In this document: piece after piece, positions 28,485 through 36,403 of the stretch
Numbering within the stretch: the first letter of the stretch is position 1
Layout: every line of letters begins with the position of its first letter
IMG/VR virus record: IMGVR_UViG_3300023081_000006
Reading direction: 5' to 3' (one strand)
From: an uncultured virus (IMG/VR IMGVR_UViG_3300023081_000006)
Lineage: Duplodnaviria > Heunggongvirae > Uroviricota > Caudoviricetes
Length of the DNA stretch: 60,533 nt
The notes under the pieces: model-generated
Told to the model about the DNA's origin: nothing
Seen by the model: only the letters and a program-made list of their open reading frames with translations
Databases searched by the model: none
Position numbers and translations under genes: made by a program

Positions 28485-30929
28485 ATGGCTAGCAATTACG
28501 AAAAAGAAAAAGCGAAACTAGATAAACTTCTAGCAGATTCTGTTGGATTGTCTGGAGACAAAGCTAAAGAACATAGGGAATTAATTCGTAAGCAACAGGA
28601 CGTTGTTCGCAGAGAAATGCGTCAAATGGCAGGACAAGAAGATCCTACCAGAAACGTTACTATGGGTGCTAGAGATGAATATACTTTAAGGGATTCCTCA
28701 GCATTAACGTTACAGTCCGATAGAAGAAATAGAGCAGAAGAGGTTGTTTCTGATCAGTCAGAAAAAAGAGTTAGAGAAGACGTTGTCAATAGAATGGACA
28801 AAGTCAAAATAGGTGGTAAGTCTACTGTAAGAAAAGAAACAGACAAACAGGGTAGAATAAAGTACAGAGATGAAATAAGAGGCACATACGCTAAAGAAGA
28901 AGCGTATGAGGATAGCGAAAACCGTATAGAAATGCTAGGTAACGCTATTAGAGCAGGCAGTAACATAGGTGCTCAAGGTGAAACTACAAACGCATTACAA
29001 TTTGGTACTGCTAAAGCCTCAGCAACAATGTCTAAAAACATTGGACAAAATGCAGGAGCTCTTCAAGAAATATTTGAAAAAGAAGGTGACGAAACACAAG
29101 CAGAACTTAAAAAACTTGTAGAGTTAATGGCTAAGGCACAAAACTTAACAGGTAAAGATGCAGAAAAAGCCAAAAACGAAATAAGCAAACAAACAGAAAG
29201 ATTAAAGATTACTGCTGGAGATAGTGGAGATAAAATAAGTGAACTCCTCGGTTTAGATAATGTTAAAAAAGATTTAAGAGGCGGTAGTCGTTTTAAAGAA
29301 GCTCTTAACATCGATCAAGATGCTACAGGTCTCAAAGCAGTAAAACAAGCATTCAGCCCTACACGTTTATTTGGTGATCCTAACACAGGAGGTTTATCTG
29401 GCGGTGGTGGGCTTATAAGCAGAACCCTAGGCAATGCTTTGGGTACGGGCGACAATGCTGCAGATGCTTTTGCAGCCAAACAAGCCAGACTGGAAATTGC
29501 TCAGGAAAGACAAGCTGAGGGACTAACTACAGCAGTTGGTGAAGAGGGACTTCAACTAACAGGCGAGTCTACACCTCAGTTAATAAAAGAAAACAAACAG
29601 AAGGACTCTGAGAAGCTCTCAGAAAGTAGTTCTTCTACAACAAACAATAACGAAAGTAGCACTAATACTGTATTTAAATCCGGTGTAGACAAAGAGCCTT
29701 GGGCTGAAAAGAACAATGAAGTTTTAGAAGATATTCTCGACACATTAAAGAGGATTGAAGCTAATGGCGGCATGGGCGGCGGTGGAGATGATTCTCTTCT
29801 TGATACCGCAGGTGATATGATGATGACCCGCGATGGCAAAAATAAACGAAAAAATAGAAAAGGTAAAAAACCTGGCAAGAGTAGATTTAAGTTACCTCGT
29901 ATGGGCGGTGCGATGAAGTTAGGTGGTGCTTTGGTAGCCGGCGGTATGGCGTTATATGAAGGTTATCAAGGATACACAGCCGCAGACCAATTAGTAGAAT
30001 CGGGTGCCACCAATGAAGAAACCGGTCAAAAGTTTACACAAAGAGATGAAAAGGCAGGCAAAACTGAAGCAGTAACAAAGGCTGCTGGTGGTTTTGGGGG
30101 AGCACTGGGTGGAGCAGCTGCCGGAGCTGCCATTGGTTCTGTTGTTCCTGTTGTTGGTACAGCTATAGGAGGTTTAATAGGTGGTGCTCTGGGTTATTTC
30201 GCAGGCGGAGCTGCAGGTGAGGCAGTAGGAGATGCTGTAACAACAACATCTGGAGAAGCAGCACTAGATGCAGCTAAAGAGAGCGGACTATATAACAAAA
30301 ACTGGATTGGAAATAGTGAAGTAAATCTAGAATTACTAAAAGAAGCAAACGACCCCGCACAATTAAACGCCATCTTAGCAGACAACGATATAAGCGATGA
30401 ACAAAAAGCTGCCGTAATAGATCAGTTAGGAAAAATCGAAAGTGGACAAATCGAAAAAGCAGATATGTCTTACTTGGAGGGAGACACTAACAACACAACA
30501 ACAACAACATCAAACGAAGATAATACTGAGGTTAAAGTGGGCGGAGTTGTTGTAGAGAGAAACGGCGAAGCTGTACCATTATCACAAGAAGATTACAATA
30601 TGGCAAATGCTAGTATACAAGCAAATGTGGCAATGGGCAATAAACCACAATATGACCTTTCTAAGAATCCTATTATAGGACAAGACGCAACCGCTACGCA
30701 GATAGAACAAGCAAGTGCAGAAAAAGGACAACCTGTACCTACAGGCACGGCGTTAGAAAATATGAATGATGCTGCAGGCGTGGGTGATTCTGCTCCAGTA
30801 ATTGTAAACAACAATTCAACACAATCTACTCCTCAAGAGCCCCCAATCCAAATTCTAACAAATCCGCCTTCGCCAAGGCCAAATACAACATCCATAGAAA
30901 GATATCAAGACAGAAGATATCGAGGATAG
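28485..30929 (+). CDS. Probable tape measure / gp29-like hub protein
   Basis: 814 aa, helical, glycine-zipper GAAIGSVVPVVGTAIGGLIGG, C-terminal PVIVNNN motif; follows gp26/gp51. Confidence 0.65.
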   Translation: MASNYEKEKAKLDKLLADSVGLSGDKAKEHRELIRKQQDVVRREMRQMAGQEDPTRNVTMGARDEYTLRDSSALTLQSDRRNRAEEVVSDQSEKRVREDVVNRMDKVKIGGKSTVRKETDKQGRIKYRDEIRGTYAKEEAYEDSENRIEMLGNAIRAGSNIGAQGETTNALQFGTAKASATMSKNIGQNAGALQEIFEKEGDETQAELKKLVELMAKAQNLTGKDAEKAKNEISKQTERLKITAGDSGDKISELLGLDNVKKDLRGGSRFKEALNIDQDATGLKAVKQAFSPTRLFGDPNTGGLSGGGGLISRTLGNALGTGDNAADAFAAKQARLEIAQERQAEGLTTAVGEEGLQLTGESTPQLIKENKQKDSEKLSESSSSTTNNNESSTNTVFKSGVDKEPWAEKNNEVLEDILDTLKRIEANGGMGGGGDDSLLDTAGDMMMTRDGKNKRKNRKGKKPGKSRFKLPRMGGAMKLGGALVAGGMALYEGYQGYTAADQLVESGATNEETGQKFTQRDEKAGKTEAVTKAAGGFGGALGGAAAGAAIGSVVPVVGTAIGGLIGGALGYFAGGAAGEAVGDAVTTTSGEAALDAAKESGLYNKNWIGNSEVNLELLKEANDPAQLNAILADNDISDEQKAAVIDQLGKIESGQIEKADMSYLEGDTNNTTTTTSNEDNTEVKVGGVVVERNGEAVPLSQEDYNMANASIQANVAMGNKPQYDLSKNPIIGQDATATQIEQASAEKGQPVPTGTALENMNDAAGVGDSAPVIVNNNSTQSTPQEPPIQILTNPPSPRPNTTSIERYQDRRYRG

Positions 30930-30941
30930 TAGTGATACTCA

Positions 30942-31310
30942 TCACACTCTTGAAAGTATCTTTTCAATTTCAGCAAGTCCAATCTCCAACCAGTTTGTGT
31001 CTTCTGGCATTAGTATAATTTGACCATCAAATTCTTCTTGCTCTTTAATTCTATTATACACTCCACCATTCGCCATTGTCAAGCGATAAGTGTCTTTGTG
31101 ACAGCGATAGCAACTGCCACTGTATCCATAGAATTCGTAATAGTCACCGTCTTGTTTAACTTCGGTAATACCTGAATTAATACGCCAACTATCACCATCG
31201 AGGTATCCTCCACTCCAGCCGGCGAGAACCTTGTAGATAGGGAATGCACCTTTGCCTGGCTTAATTTTTAGGACTACCCAATTATCAGGAATATATTCAC
31301 TCATACTCAT
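30942..31310 (-). CDS. Conserved hypothetical phage protein
   Basis: PDNWVVLKI, YKVLAGWSGGYLDGDSWRINSGI, GYSGSCYRC. Confidence 0.75.
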   Translation of the reverse strand: MSMSEYIPDNWVVLKIKPGKGAFPIYKVLAGWSGGYLDGDSWRINSGITEVKQDGDYYEFYGYSGSCYRCHKDTYRLTMANGGVYNRIKEQEEFDGQIILMPEDTNWLEIGLAEIEKILSRV

Positions 31311-31509
31311 ATCCTAAATGTTCACCTGGAGCAAAATGATACCCCATTGCTTTCATAAAAGTTTCTAACACTCCAACCATATCATCACGACTCAAATCTT
31401 TTTCCATTACATCAATCGTTATTCGTGTATTGACTGAACTTTCATATTCGTATGGATTGCATATCAGTGTAATATACGGTTTATCTGTTGCTAATTTTAC
31501 ATCAACCAT
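31297..31509 (-). CDS. Hypothetical protein
   Basis: 70-aa ORF with AAGGT RBS. Confidence 0.65.
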   Translation of the reverse strand: MVDVKLATDKPYITLICNPYEYESSVNTRITIDVMEKDLSRDDMVGVLETFMKAMGYHFAPGEHLGYEYE

Positions 31510-31528
31510 TATTTACCTTTACTCTATT

Positions 31529-31604
31529 TGGTAGGACTGAGTGGAGTTGAACCACTGACCTTCCGCTTATAAGACGGATGCTCTAACCATTGAGCTACAG
31601 TCCC
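31529..31604 (-). tRNA. tRNA-Ile(UAU)
   Basis: GGGACTGTAGCTCAATGGTTAGAGCA-TCCGT-CT-TAT-AA-GCGGA-AGGTCAGTGGTTCAACTCCACTCAGTCCTACCA; full cloverleaf with encoded CCA. Confidence 0.92.
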
Positions 31605-31609
31605 ATATT

Positions 31610-31696
31610 TGGTGCCTCGGGCCGGACTCGAACCGGCACACCCAAACGGGCGAGAGATTTTAAGTCTCTTGTGTCTACCAATTTCACCACCGAGGC
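31610..31696 (-). tRNA. tRNA-Leu(UAA)
   Basis: GCCTCGG...AGAGA-CT-TAA-AA-TCTCT, long variable arm, GTTCGAGTC, CCA. Confidence 0.95.
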
Positions 31697-31697
31697 G

Positions 31698-31774
31698 TGG
31701 CGCGCCCTGGAGGATTCGAACCTCCGACCTACGGTTTAGAAGACCGTTGCTCTAATCCACTGAGCTAAGAGCGC
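31698..31774 (-). tRNA. tRNA-Arg(UCU)
   Basis: GCGCTCT...ACGGT-CT-TCT-AA-ACCGT...GGTTCGAATCC...CCA. Confidence 0.95.
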
Positions 31775-31780
31775 ATTAAA

Positions 31781-32341
31781 CTATAATTTGTATTCTGCTA
31801 CTAGATTATCAATGTAGCTATTAAAGGTTCTTTTGTCCTTGTGTTGATTTATCCATGTTGGATTATGCCGTTTGTTGTTGAAATAATCCTCATACCATAT
31901 TGGTTCTATATTGTTCTTTTCTAAAAACAATGTGTATATTTTACACGTTACTGCCATCTTTGTCAAGTCTTCTAATTTAAAATTGGTTAACTCACCGTTG
32001 CCAATTCTTAGCCAATAATCTAGTATACTTGATAAAATGTTCCTTTTGTTTTTTCGCAAAAGATAATAATCGCCATATGGCATTAATTGTAGAAAGTTAT
32101 GATTACTTAGAATTATGTAATCCTTAGAATTTGTAATATATTCAACCATTTCATGTGAGCGTAGTGCTTGATAATGGCTGGGTCCTACTTCATGATGTGT
32201 AAATTTTATTTTTGCCCAAATAGAATATAGCTCTTCTAAATTCATTATGTCCAAATCGCCAACAAAACGTTTTCCGGTCTCTTCGGCCTTGTCCATACAA
32301 AATTTAGTTCCACCACATCGTGGCATAGATATTACAATCAT
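31781..32341 (-). CDS. Sulfotransferase-like P-loop protein
   Basis: N-terminal SMPRCGGT (PAPS 5'-loop-like), R.N.....S and I.YED motifs. Confidence 0.55.
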   Translation of the reverse strand: MIVISMPRCGGTKFCMDKAEETGKRFVGDLDIMNLEELYSIWAKIKFTHHEVGPSHYQALRSHEMVEYITNSKDYIILSNHNFLQLMPYGDYYLLRKNKRNILSSILDYWLRIGNGELTNFKLEDLTKMAVTCKIYTLFLEKNNIEPIWYEDYFNNKRHNPTWINQHKDKRTFNSYIDNLVAEYKL

Positions 32342-32370
32342 AAAATAAGGGGGGAACTAGTCCCCCCCTA
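32342..32370 (-). terminator. Rho-independent terminator after gp32
   Basis: GGGGGGGA-CTAG-TTCCCCCC followed by TTATTTT. Confidence 0.8.
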
Positions 32371-32375
32371 ACTCC

Positions 32376-33284
32376 TTAGTCTTCTGCTAATTTAGAAAAG
32401 TAGGAAAGTGTATCATCTTCATCTGTATCATCAGAAACAGCTGATACTTTTTGAGCTGAGACAACCTTCTCCATGAAGTGATCATCTTCAGCATCGTCTG
32501 TAAACTTAGACACTTGTTCTGCTGTACCGACTGTAGCGCCTGCTCCTAGAACCATGTTAAGTTTTTTCTTTAACTCATCATAAGACTTAAAGTTTTTAGG
32601 ATCAACAATCTCTTGTAAAGAATGCTGTTTGTTCCAAATTGCTTCAATAGCCTCATCTGAATCAGCGATCGCTGTAGGTGCATCAAACTCAGACTTGTCA
32701 TAGTTTCTGTAACCTTCAACCTGACGAATCTTAAGTTTAAAGTTAGCGCCTTCCCAAAAATCAAATGGGTTCATAGGTGCTTCGTCTTCAAACTGCGGTT
32801 GCATAACATCTTTAATTTTGTCAAAGATCTTTTTACCGAATTTAAAGAGAAATACCTTGCCATTGTTTTCAGGATTGCCTGAATCTTGAACAACAAGAAT
32901 ATTGGCATAGTAAGCTAGTCTACGCTTTTGCTTACGTGCAACTTCCTTGTTTGCCTCTACACCACTGTTCCACAATTCACTGTTCAATTCAGAAACAGGA
33001 TCATTCTGGTTCAATGTAGTGAGAGAGTTCTCGATGTACCACTTTCCTGTAGGTCCTTGGAATCCATGATTCCATAAACGTACCCACGGAAACTCTTCAC
33101 CCTGGGAGGGAGGAAGGAACCTAATAACAGCATAGCCGTTTCCTGCTTTGTCTACTGTTGGTTTCCATTCCCTGTCATCACCAGAATTGCTCTGGCTAGG
33201 GTTTGCGATTTTTTCGACCTCGTTCATTAACTTGTCGAAACCGCCACGTGATTTACGTAGCTCAGATAGTGAATTAAAAGCCAT
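32376..33284 (-). CDS. gp32: Single-stranded DNA-binding protein gp32
   Basis: DKAGNGYAVIRFLP, GKWYIENSLTTL, GKKIFDKI, FDFWEGANFKLKIR, NYDKSEF, acidic tail. Confidence 0.97.
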   Translation of the reverse strand: MAFNSLSELRKSRGGFDKLMNEVEKIANPSQSNSGDDREWKPTVDKAGNGYAVIRFLPPSQGEEFPWVRLWNHGFQGPTGKWYIENSLTTLNQNDPVSELNSELWNSGVEANKEVARKQKRRLAYYANILVVQDSGNPENNGKVFLFKFGKKIFDKIKDVMQPQFEDEAPMNPFDFWEGANFKLKIRQVEGYRNYDKSEFDAPTAIADSDEAIEAIWNKQHSLQEIVDPKNFKSYDELKKKLNMVLGAGATVGTAEQVSKFTDDAEDDHFMEKVVSAQKVSAVSDDTDEDDTLSYFSKLAED

Positions 33285-33322
33285 ATATTTTCTCCTTGTA
33301 TAACGTTGTATAGCGTTGTATT

Positions 33323-33520
33323 TTAATTGTATTTATGCTTATGTTCTTCATAGTAAAGTTCATCAGCAAACTCATCATATAGTTCATCGGTTAAATCATC
33401 AACCGACTCTATATTATTTATAAGACCACGGTACTTATCAAATTTAGATTTTACCGTTTTTCCTACTTTTTTAATACGCCTCTCTTCTTCAGTTTGGCGT
33501 CGTGATTTGGACATTCCCAT
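33323..33520 (-). CDS. Hypothetical protein
   Basis: 65 aa, basic N-part and acidic C-part; between gp59 and gp32. Confidence 0.6.
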   Translation of the reverse strand: MGMSKSRRQTEEERRIKKVGKTVKSKFDKYRGLINNIESVDDLTDELYDEFADELYYEEHKHKYN

Positions 33521-34097
33521 ACACCTGTTTCAATCTATGCTTATGTGTTTCAAAAACACGTTCTTTATCAAATTTAACAAAGGGCCTATATTTAGAAACG
33601 AGTAAGCATATATCTTGTAAAACAAAGTCATCCTTATATTGAGATATAAATGGTAAAAGTTTTTCAAGAACTACTAGCGTCTCTAATTCGATTTCACCAC
33701 CCATGAACATCTTTAAAATAAGCGGGTGCCCATCATCATATATTGCAGAATTTATATTGTCTTTTTCCATGCGGAATAGGACTTTATCTAAGTCTGCAGA
33801 AACATTATATAACAATCTTTCCTGTTTTGTCAACCATCTTTTGTACCGTTCTGAGGACTCTGCATCAAACATTCCTCCCCAACGGTCACCACTAACAAAG
33901 TTAGCAACAAGAAGATCTATAATTTCACTTCTTTTGTAATCCCGTGCTAGTTTTCTAATTGACGTTAAGTCCTTTCTTTTTAAGAAAGTTTCTTTTTTGC
34001 CTCTTACAGCACCTTTATGTTTTTGTATATCATAGCCTTCAGTTGTAAAGTGAAGTTTTAGAGCTAGATATAACTTGTAAACATCGAAGGGATCCAT
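33489..34097 (-). CDS. gp59: Helicase loader gp59
   Basis: FDVYKLYLALKLHFT...YD, F..RKD, VANFV, I.LETLV, KY.PF. Confidence 0.9.
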   Translation of the reverse strand: MDPFDVYKLYLALKLHFTTEGYDIQKHKGAVRGKKETFLKRKDLTSIRKLARDYKRSEIIDLLVANFVSGDRWGGMFDAESSERYKRWLTKQERLLYNVSADLDKVLFRMEKDNINSAIYDDGHPLILKMFMGGEIELETLVVLEKLLPFISQYKDDFVLQDICLLVSKYRPFVKFDKERVFETHKHRLKQVYGNVQITTPN

Positions 34098-34098
34098 T

Positions 34099-34395
34099 TT
34101 AAATAGGTAGTTGATTTTCCTTTTCCTTTAGCATGTTAAGGCTTTGAGCTTCTGCTTTAACCTTTTCTTTTAACGAACTGCTAAGAAGTTTATTTACACT
34201 TTCAACTTCAATCTCATTACGTTCACAATAGTCAAGTATCACATCCATACAAGTAAGTCCTGTTTGGTATGATTTCTTTTCAATGAATTGTGAAAATTCT
34301 GTAGATGTTTTGAATTCCTTTGTAATAAGAAAAACATCTGATATTCTTGTTTCTTTCAAATCTTCTTTTTTATTGTTCACGATTAGCGTGATCAA
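34099..34395 (-). CDS. gp33: Late transcription coactivator gp33
   Basis: FS..IE, MD.ILDYCERNEIEVESV.KLLS.SLKEK...EA..LN.L. Confidence 0.9.
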   Translation of the reverse strand: MITLIVNNKKEDLKETRISDVFLITKEFKTSTEFSQFIEKKSYQTGLTCMDVILDYCERNEIEVESVNKLLSSSLKEKVKAEAQSLNMLKEKENQLPI

Positions 34396-35248
34396 TTGGG
34401 TTCTCCTTGATCCAATGTCTTATATAGGCATGTACATCTGTTGGGCATTCTATATAAGGGGTTTCACAAAAAGTTCTTTGAGCCTCGCCAGGTCTATCAA
34501 AAGCATTTATAACAGTACAAGGAAAACATTCTGCAATAGAATTGATAGTAACAGGATACCCCTTGCCTAGATGTACTTCCTGAAGATCTCTCTCGTCTAC
34601 TAACAATTGCATGAGACCTTGAACAACATCAAAGACATGTGTAAAGTCTCTTTCTTTTTTTCCTGTACCATATACCGTTAATGGATTTCCTGCTAAGTAA
34701 TCCATTTTAAACTTTCTTACGACTGTGCTATATTCACCGTAGTCTGCTTCTCTAGGTCCATATACATTGTAAAAGAATAGCTTTGTATAAACTAAACCGT
34801 ATGTTTCCTTATACAATTCTAATAAATCCTCACAAACAGACTTGCTCCAAGTATATGGATTTTTAGATTCCTTATACTTTGTGCTAGATGAAGTCGCAAA
34901 GAACAACCTACAATTCATAACCCTAGCCCAATCAGATACGACTGCTGTTGTTACAACATTATTAGCAATTGTTTCTGTTGGATAGTCTAACGAACGTCTA
35001 ACCCTCGGACTATTTGCCATATGAAATATAGCAGTTGGTGGTTGTACATTAGACACATAAGGATTGAATTTAACTACATCGCAGAAGTGATATTTAACAT
35101 TAGGATGATTTATAACCGTCCTTCCGCTTCTTTGATCGTCAATAACTGTAACAACAAAGCCTTCATAAAGAAGTCTTTCCACTAAATGGGATCCTATAAA
35201 TCCACACCCGCCGGTTACAATGACGTTGGGTACTTCTGAGTAGTTCAT
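34370..35248 (-). CDS. NAD-dependent nucleotide-sugar epimerase/dehydratase
   Basis: VTGGCGFIGSHL, YTWSK (YxxxK), FYNVYGP, RDFTHV. Confidence 0.9.
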   Translation of the reverse strand: MNYSEVPNVIVTGGCGFIGSHLVERLLYEGFVVTVIDDQRSGRTVINHPNVKYHFCDVVKFNPYVSNVQPPTAIFHMANSPRVRRSLDYPTETIANNVVTTAVVSDWARVMNCRLFFATSSSTKYKESKNPYTWSKSVCEDLLELYKETYGLVYTKLFFYNVYGPREADYGEYSTVVRKFKMDYLAGNPLTVYGTGKKERDFTHVFDVVQGLMQLLVDERDLQEVHLGKGYPVTINSIAECFPCTVINAFDRPGEAQRTFCETPYIECPTDVHAYIRHWIKENPIDHANREQ

Positions 35249-35254
35249 GTTGAT

Positions 35255-35283
35255 ATTATAATACCTATTGGAGTATTAGTCAA
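35255..35283 (-). promoter_or_regulatory. Sigma70-type promoter TTGACT-N17-TATAAT (leaderless transcript likely)
   Basis: -10 ends 6 nt before the epimerase ATG; no SD. Confidence 0.75.
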
Positions 35284-35782
35284 ACGTTTTATAAAAAATA
35301 TGGTTGCCTACCTTTCCCGTTGTCTGCATATAATTAGCCCACCTAGGATTAGAATAATCGGCGTGGTAATGAGTTGCTTCATGTGCTATTGGTTCTTGTA
35401 ATTTGCCATGAATTAAGAGTTCAGCCAACATAAAGCAATGCTCCCATGTTTTCATATCAAGTATTTTTTCTGGCTTGCCGTCGCAATACCAACTAAATTG
35501 GCATCTATTCCTAGCTGGAACGGGATTCCCTGTTTTCCAACTTGGTTTATATTCTGCCTGGTAAACGACACCACAAACTGTATTAGGATAGTTACTAGAT
35601 CTAACTCTATTCATTGTAACCTGTCCTACTGCAATCTTTCCTCTTAGGGATTGATTTCTTGCCTCAAAATAAATGTTTCTTGCCAAACATTCTATTTCAT
35701 TATAGTTTACACTTGTAACCTGTGCCGAACTAGAACATGGCGCTGCTACTATTAGAATTAAAAATGATAAAAAATACTTCAT
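35276..35782 (-). CDS. SleB-like cell wall hydrolase (Hydrolase_2)
   Basis: CLARNIYFEAR, V.MNRV, PNTVCGVVYQ, CQFSWYCDG, ATHYHADY..P.W, HIFY; N-terminal signal peptide. Confidence 0.92.
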   Translation of the reverse strand: MKYFLSFLILIVAAPCSSSAQVTSVNYNEIECLARNIYFEARNQSLRGKIAVGQVTMNRVRSSNYPNTVCGVVYQAEYKPSWKTGNPVPARNRCQFSWYCDGKPEKILDMKTWEHCFMLAELLIHGKLQEPIAHEATHYHADYSNPRWANYMQTTGKVGNHIFYKTFD

Positions 35783-35803
35783 TTTTTTCTCCTTTCTAGA
35801 AAG

Positions 35804-35831
35804 AGGCCCGTTATGGTGGAGCCTATACCAT
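35804..35831 (-). other. H-type RNA pseudoknot, paralogous to the tmRNA post-tag pseudoknot
   Basis: ATGGT-AT-AGGCTC-C-ACCAT-AAC-GGGCCT: stem 1 ATGGT/ACCAT, stem 2 AGGCTC/GGGCCT. Confidence 0.6.
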
Positions 35832-35837
35832 TACTAC

Positions 35838-36056
35838 TTACTTAGACGAAACAAATCTATTAATATCATTTGCCATAACTTCAATTTCTTTGAAGCTAGG
35901 AAAAGCAGGCATAGATGGAAAATCTGGACTAAGCCCCGAATCTACATCTGCATGATATTTGGATATTAGATTATCTCGTTCCATGTGATACTGTTCAGTT
36001 AGCAAAGATTTTGCTTCAGTAAACATAGAAAATCTAAGTTCGAATGGATTTGACAT
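35838..36056 (-). CDS. Small conserved-type phage protein (start reassigned to ATG 36056)
   Basis: MSNPFELRFSMFTEAK...FPSFKEIEVMANDINRFVSSK; strong CAGGAGG SD preceded by a CA-rich tract. Confidence 0.8.
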   Translation of the reverse strand: MSNPFELRFSMFTEAKSLLTEQYHMERDNLISKYHADVDSGLSPDFPSMPAFPSFKEIEVMANDINRFVSSK

Positions 36057-36089
36057 AATAACCTCCTGTGTGTATGTGTGTGTCAAATT

Positions 36090-36403
36090 GGGCCCGTTTG
36101 ATAACAAGGTGGAACCCTTACCCCGTCTAGCTTAAGCAGCCAGAGAAAATACCTCATCGTTGGCATTTATTGTGTTTCATTACGGTTACGGTCGCTTGCA
36201 CACCGATCCTCCACTTTCCTACTGAGCACTTGTCGAACCTGTTCACCCCCATCAGATATGCACTTACCACAATTTGTTCCAATTAAGTGATACTTTTCTG
36301 TATCACCCTCTCTTACATTGTTACAAATACACAAATACATATCTGGTGGAGGTGGTGGGAATCGCACCCACGTCCAAATACCTTTTCAGTCCGTTTCATC
36401 AGA
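36090..36403 (-). ncRNA. ssrA: Circularly permuted two-piece tmRNA: acceptor piece ~36403-36344, intervening segment 36343-36251, coding piece from 36250
   Basis: GGAC-GTGGG-TGCGATT-CCCAC-CACCTCC-ACCA precedes GGGGGTG-AACAGGTTCGAC; acceptor stem with G3.U70; ATAAAT-GCC resume context; tag ANDEVFSLAA* at 36164-36132; pseudoknot after the tag; outer ends approximate. Confidence 0.92.
36167..36340 (-). CDS. Candidate minimal Bfd-like [2Fe-2S] protein overlapping the tmRNA
   Basis: MYLCICNNV...IGTNCGKCI matches the Bfd pattern MYxCxCNx...GxxCGKC; no SD, so translation is unproven. Confidence 0.5.
   Translation of the reverse strand: MYLCICNNVREGDTEKYHLIGTNCGKCISDGGEQVRQVLSRKVEDRCASDRNRNETQ

Noticed and set aside
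36344..36376. Truncated tRNA or attP remnant
   Set aside because: It pairs with the downstream GGGGGTG strand and tag region, so it is the acceptor piece of the permuted tmRNA
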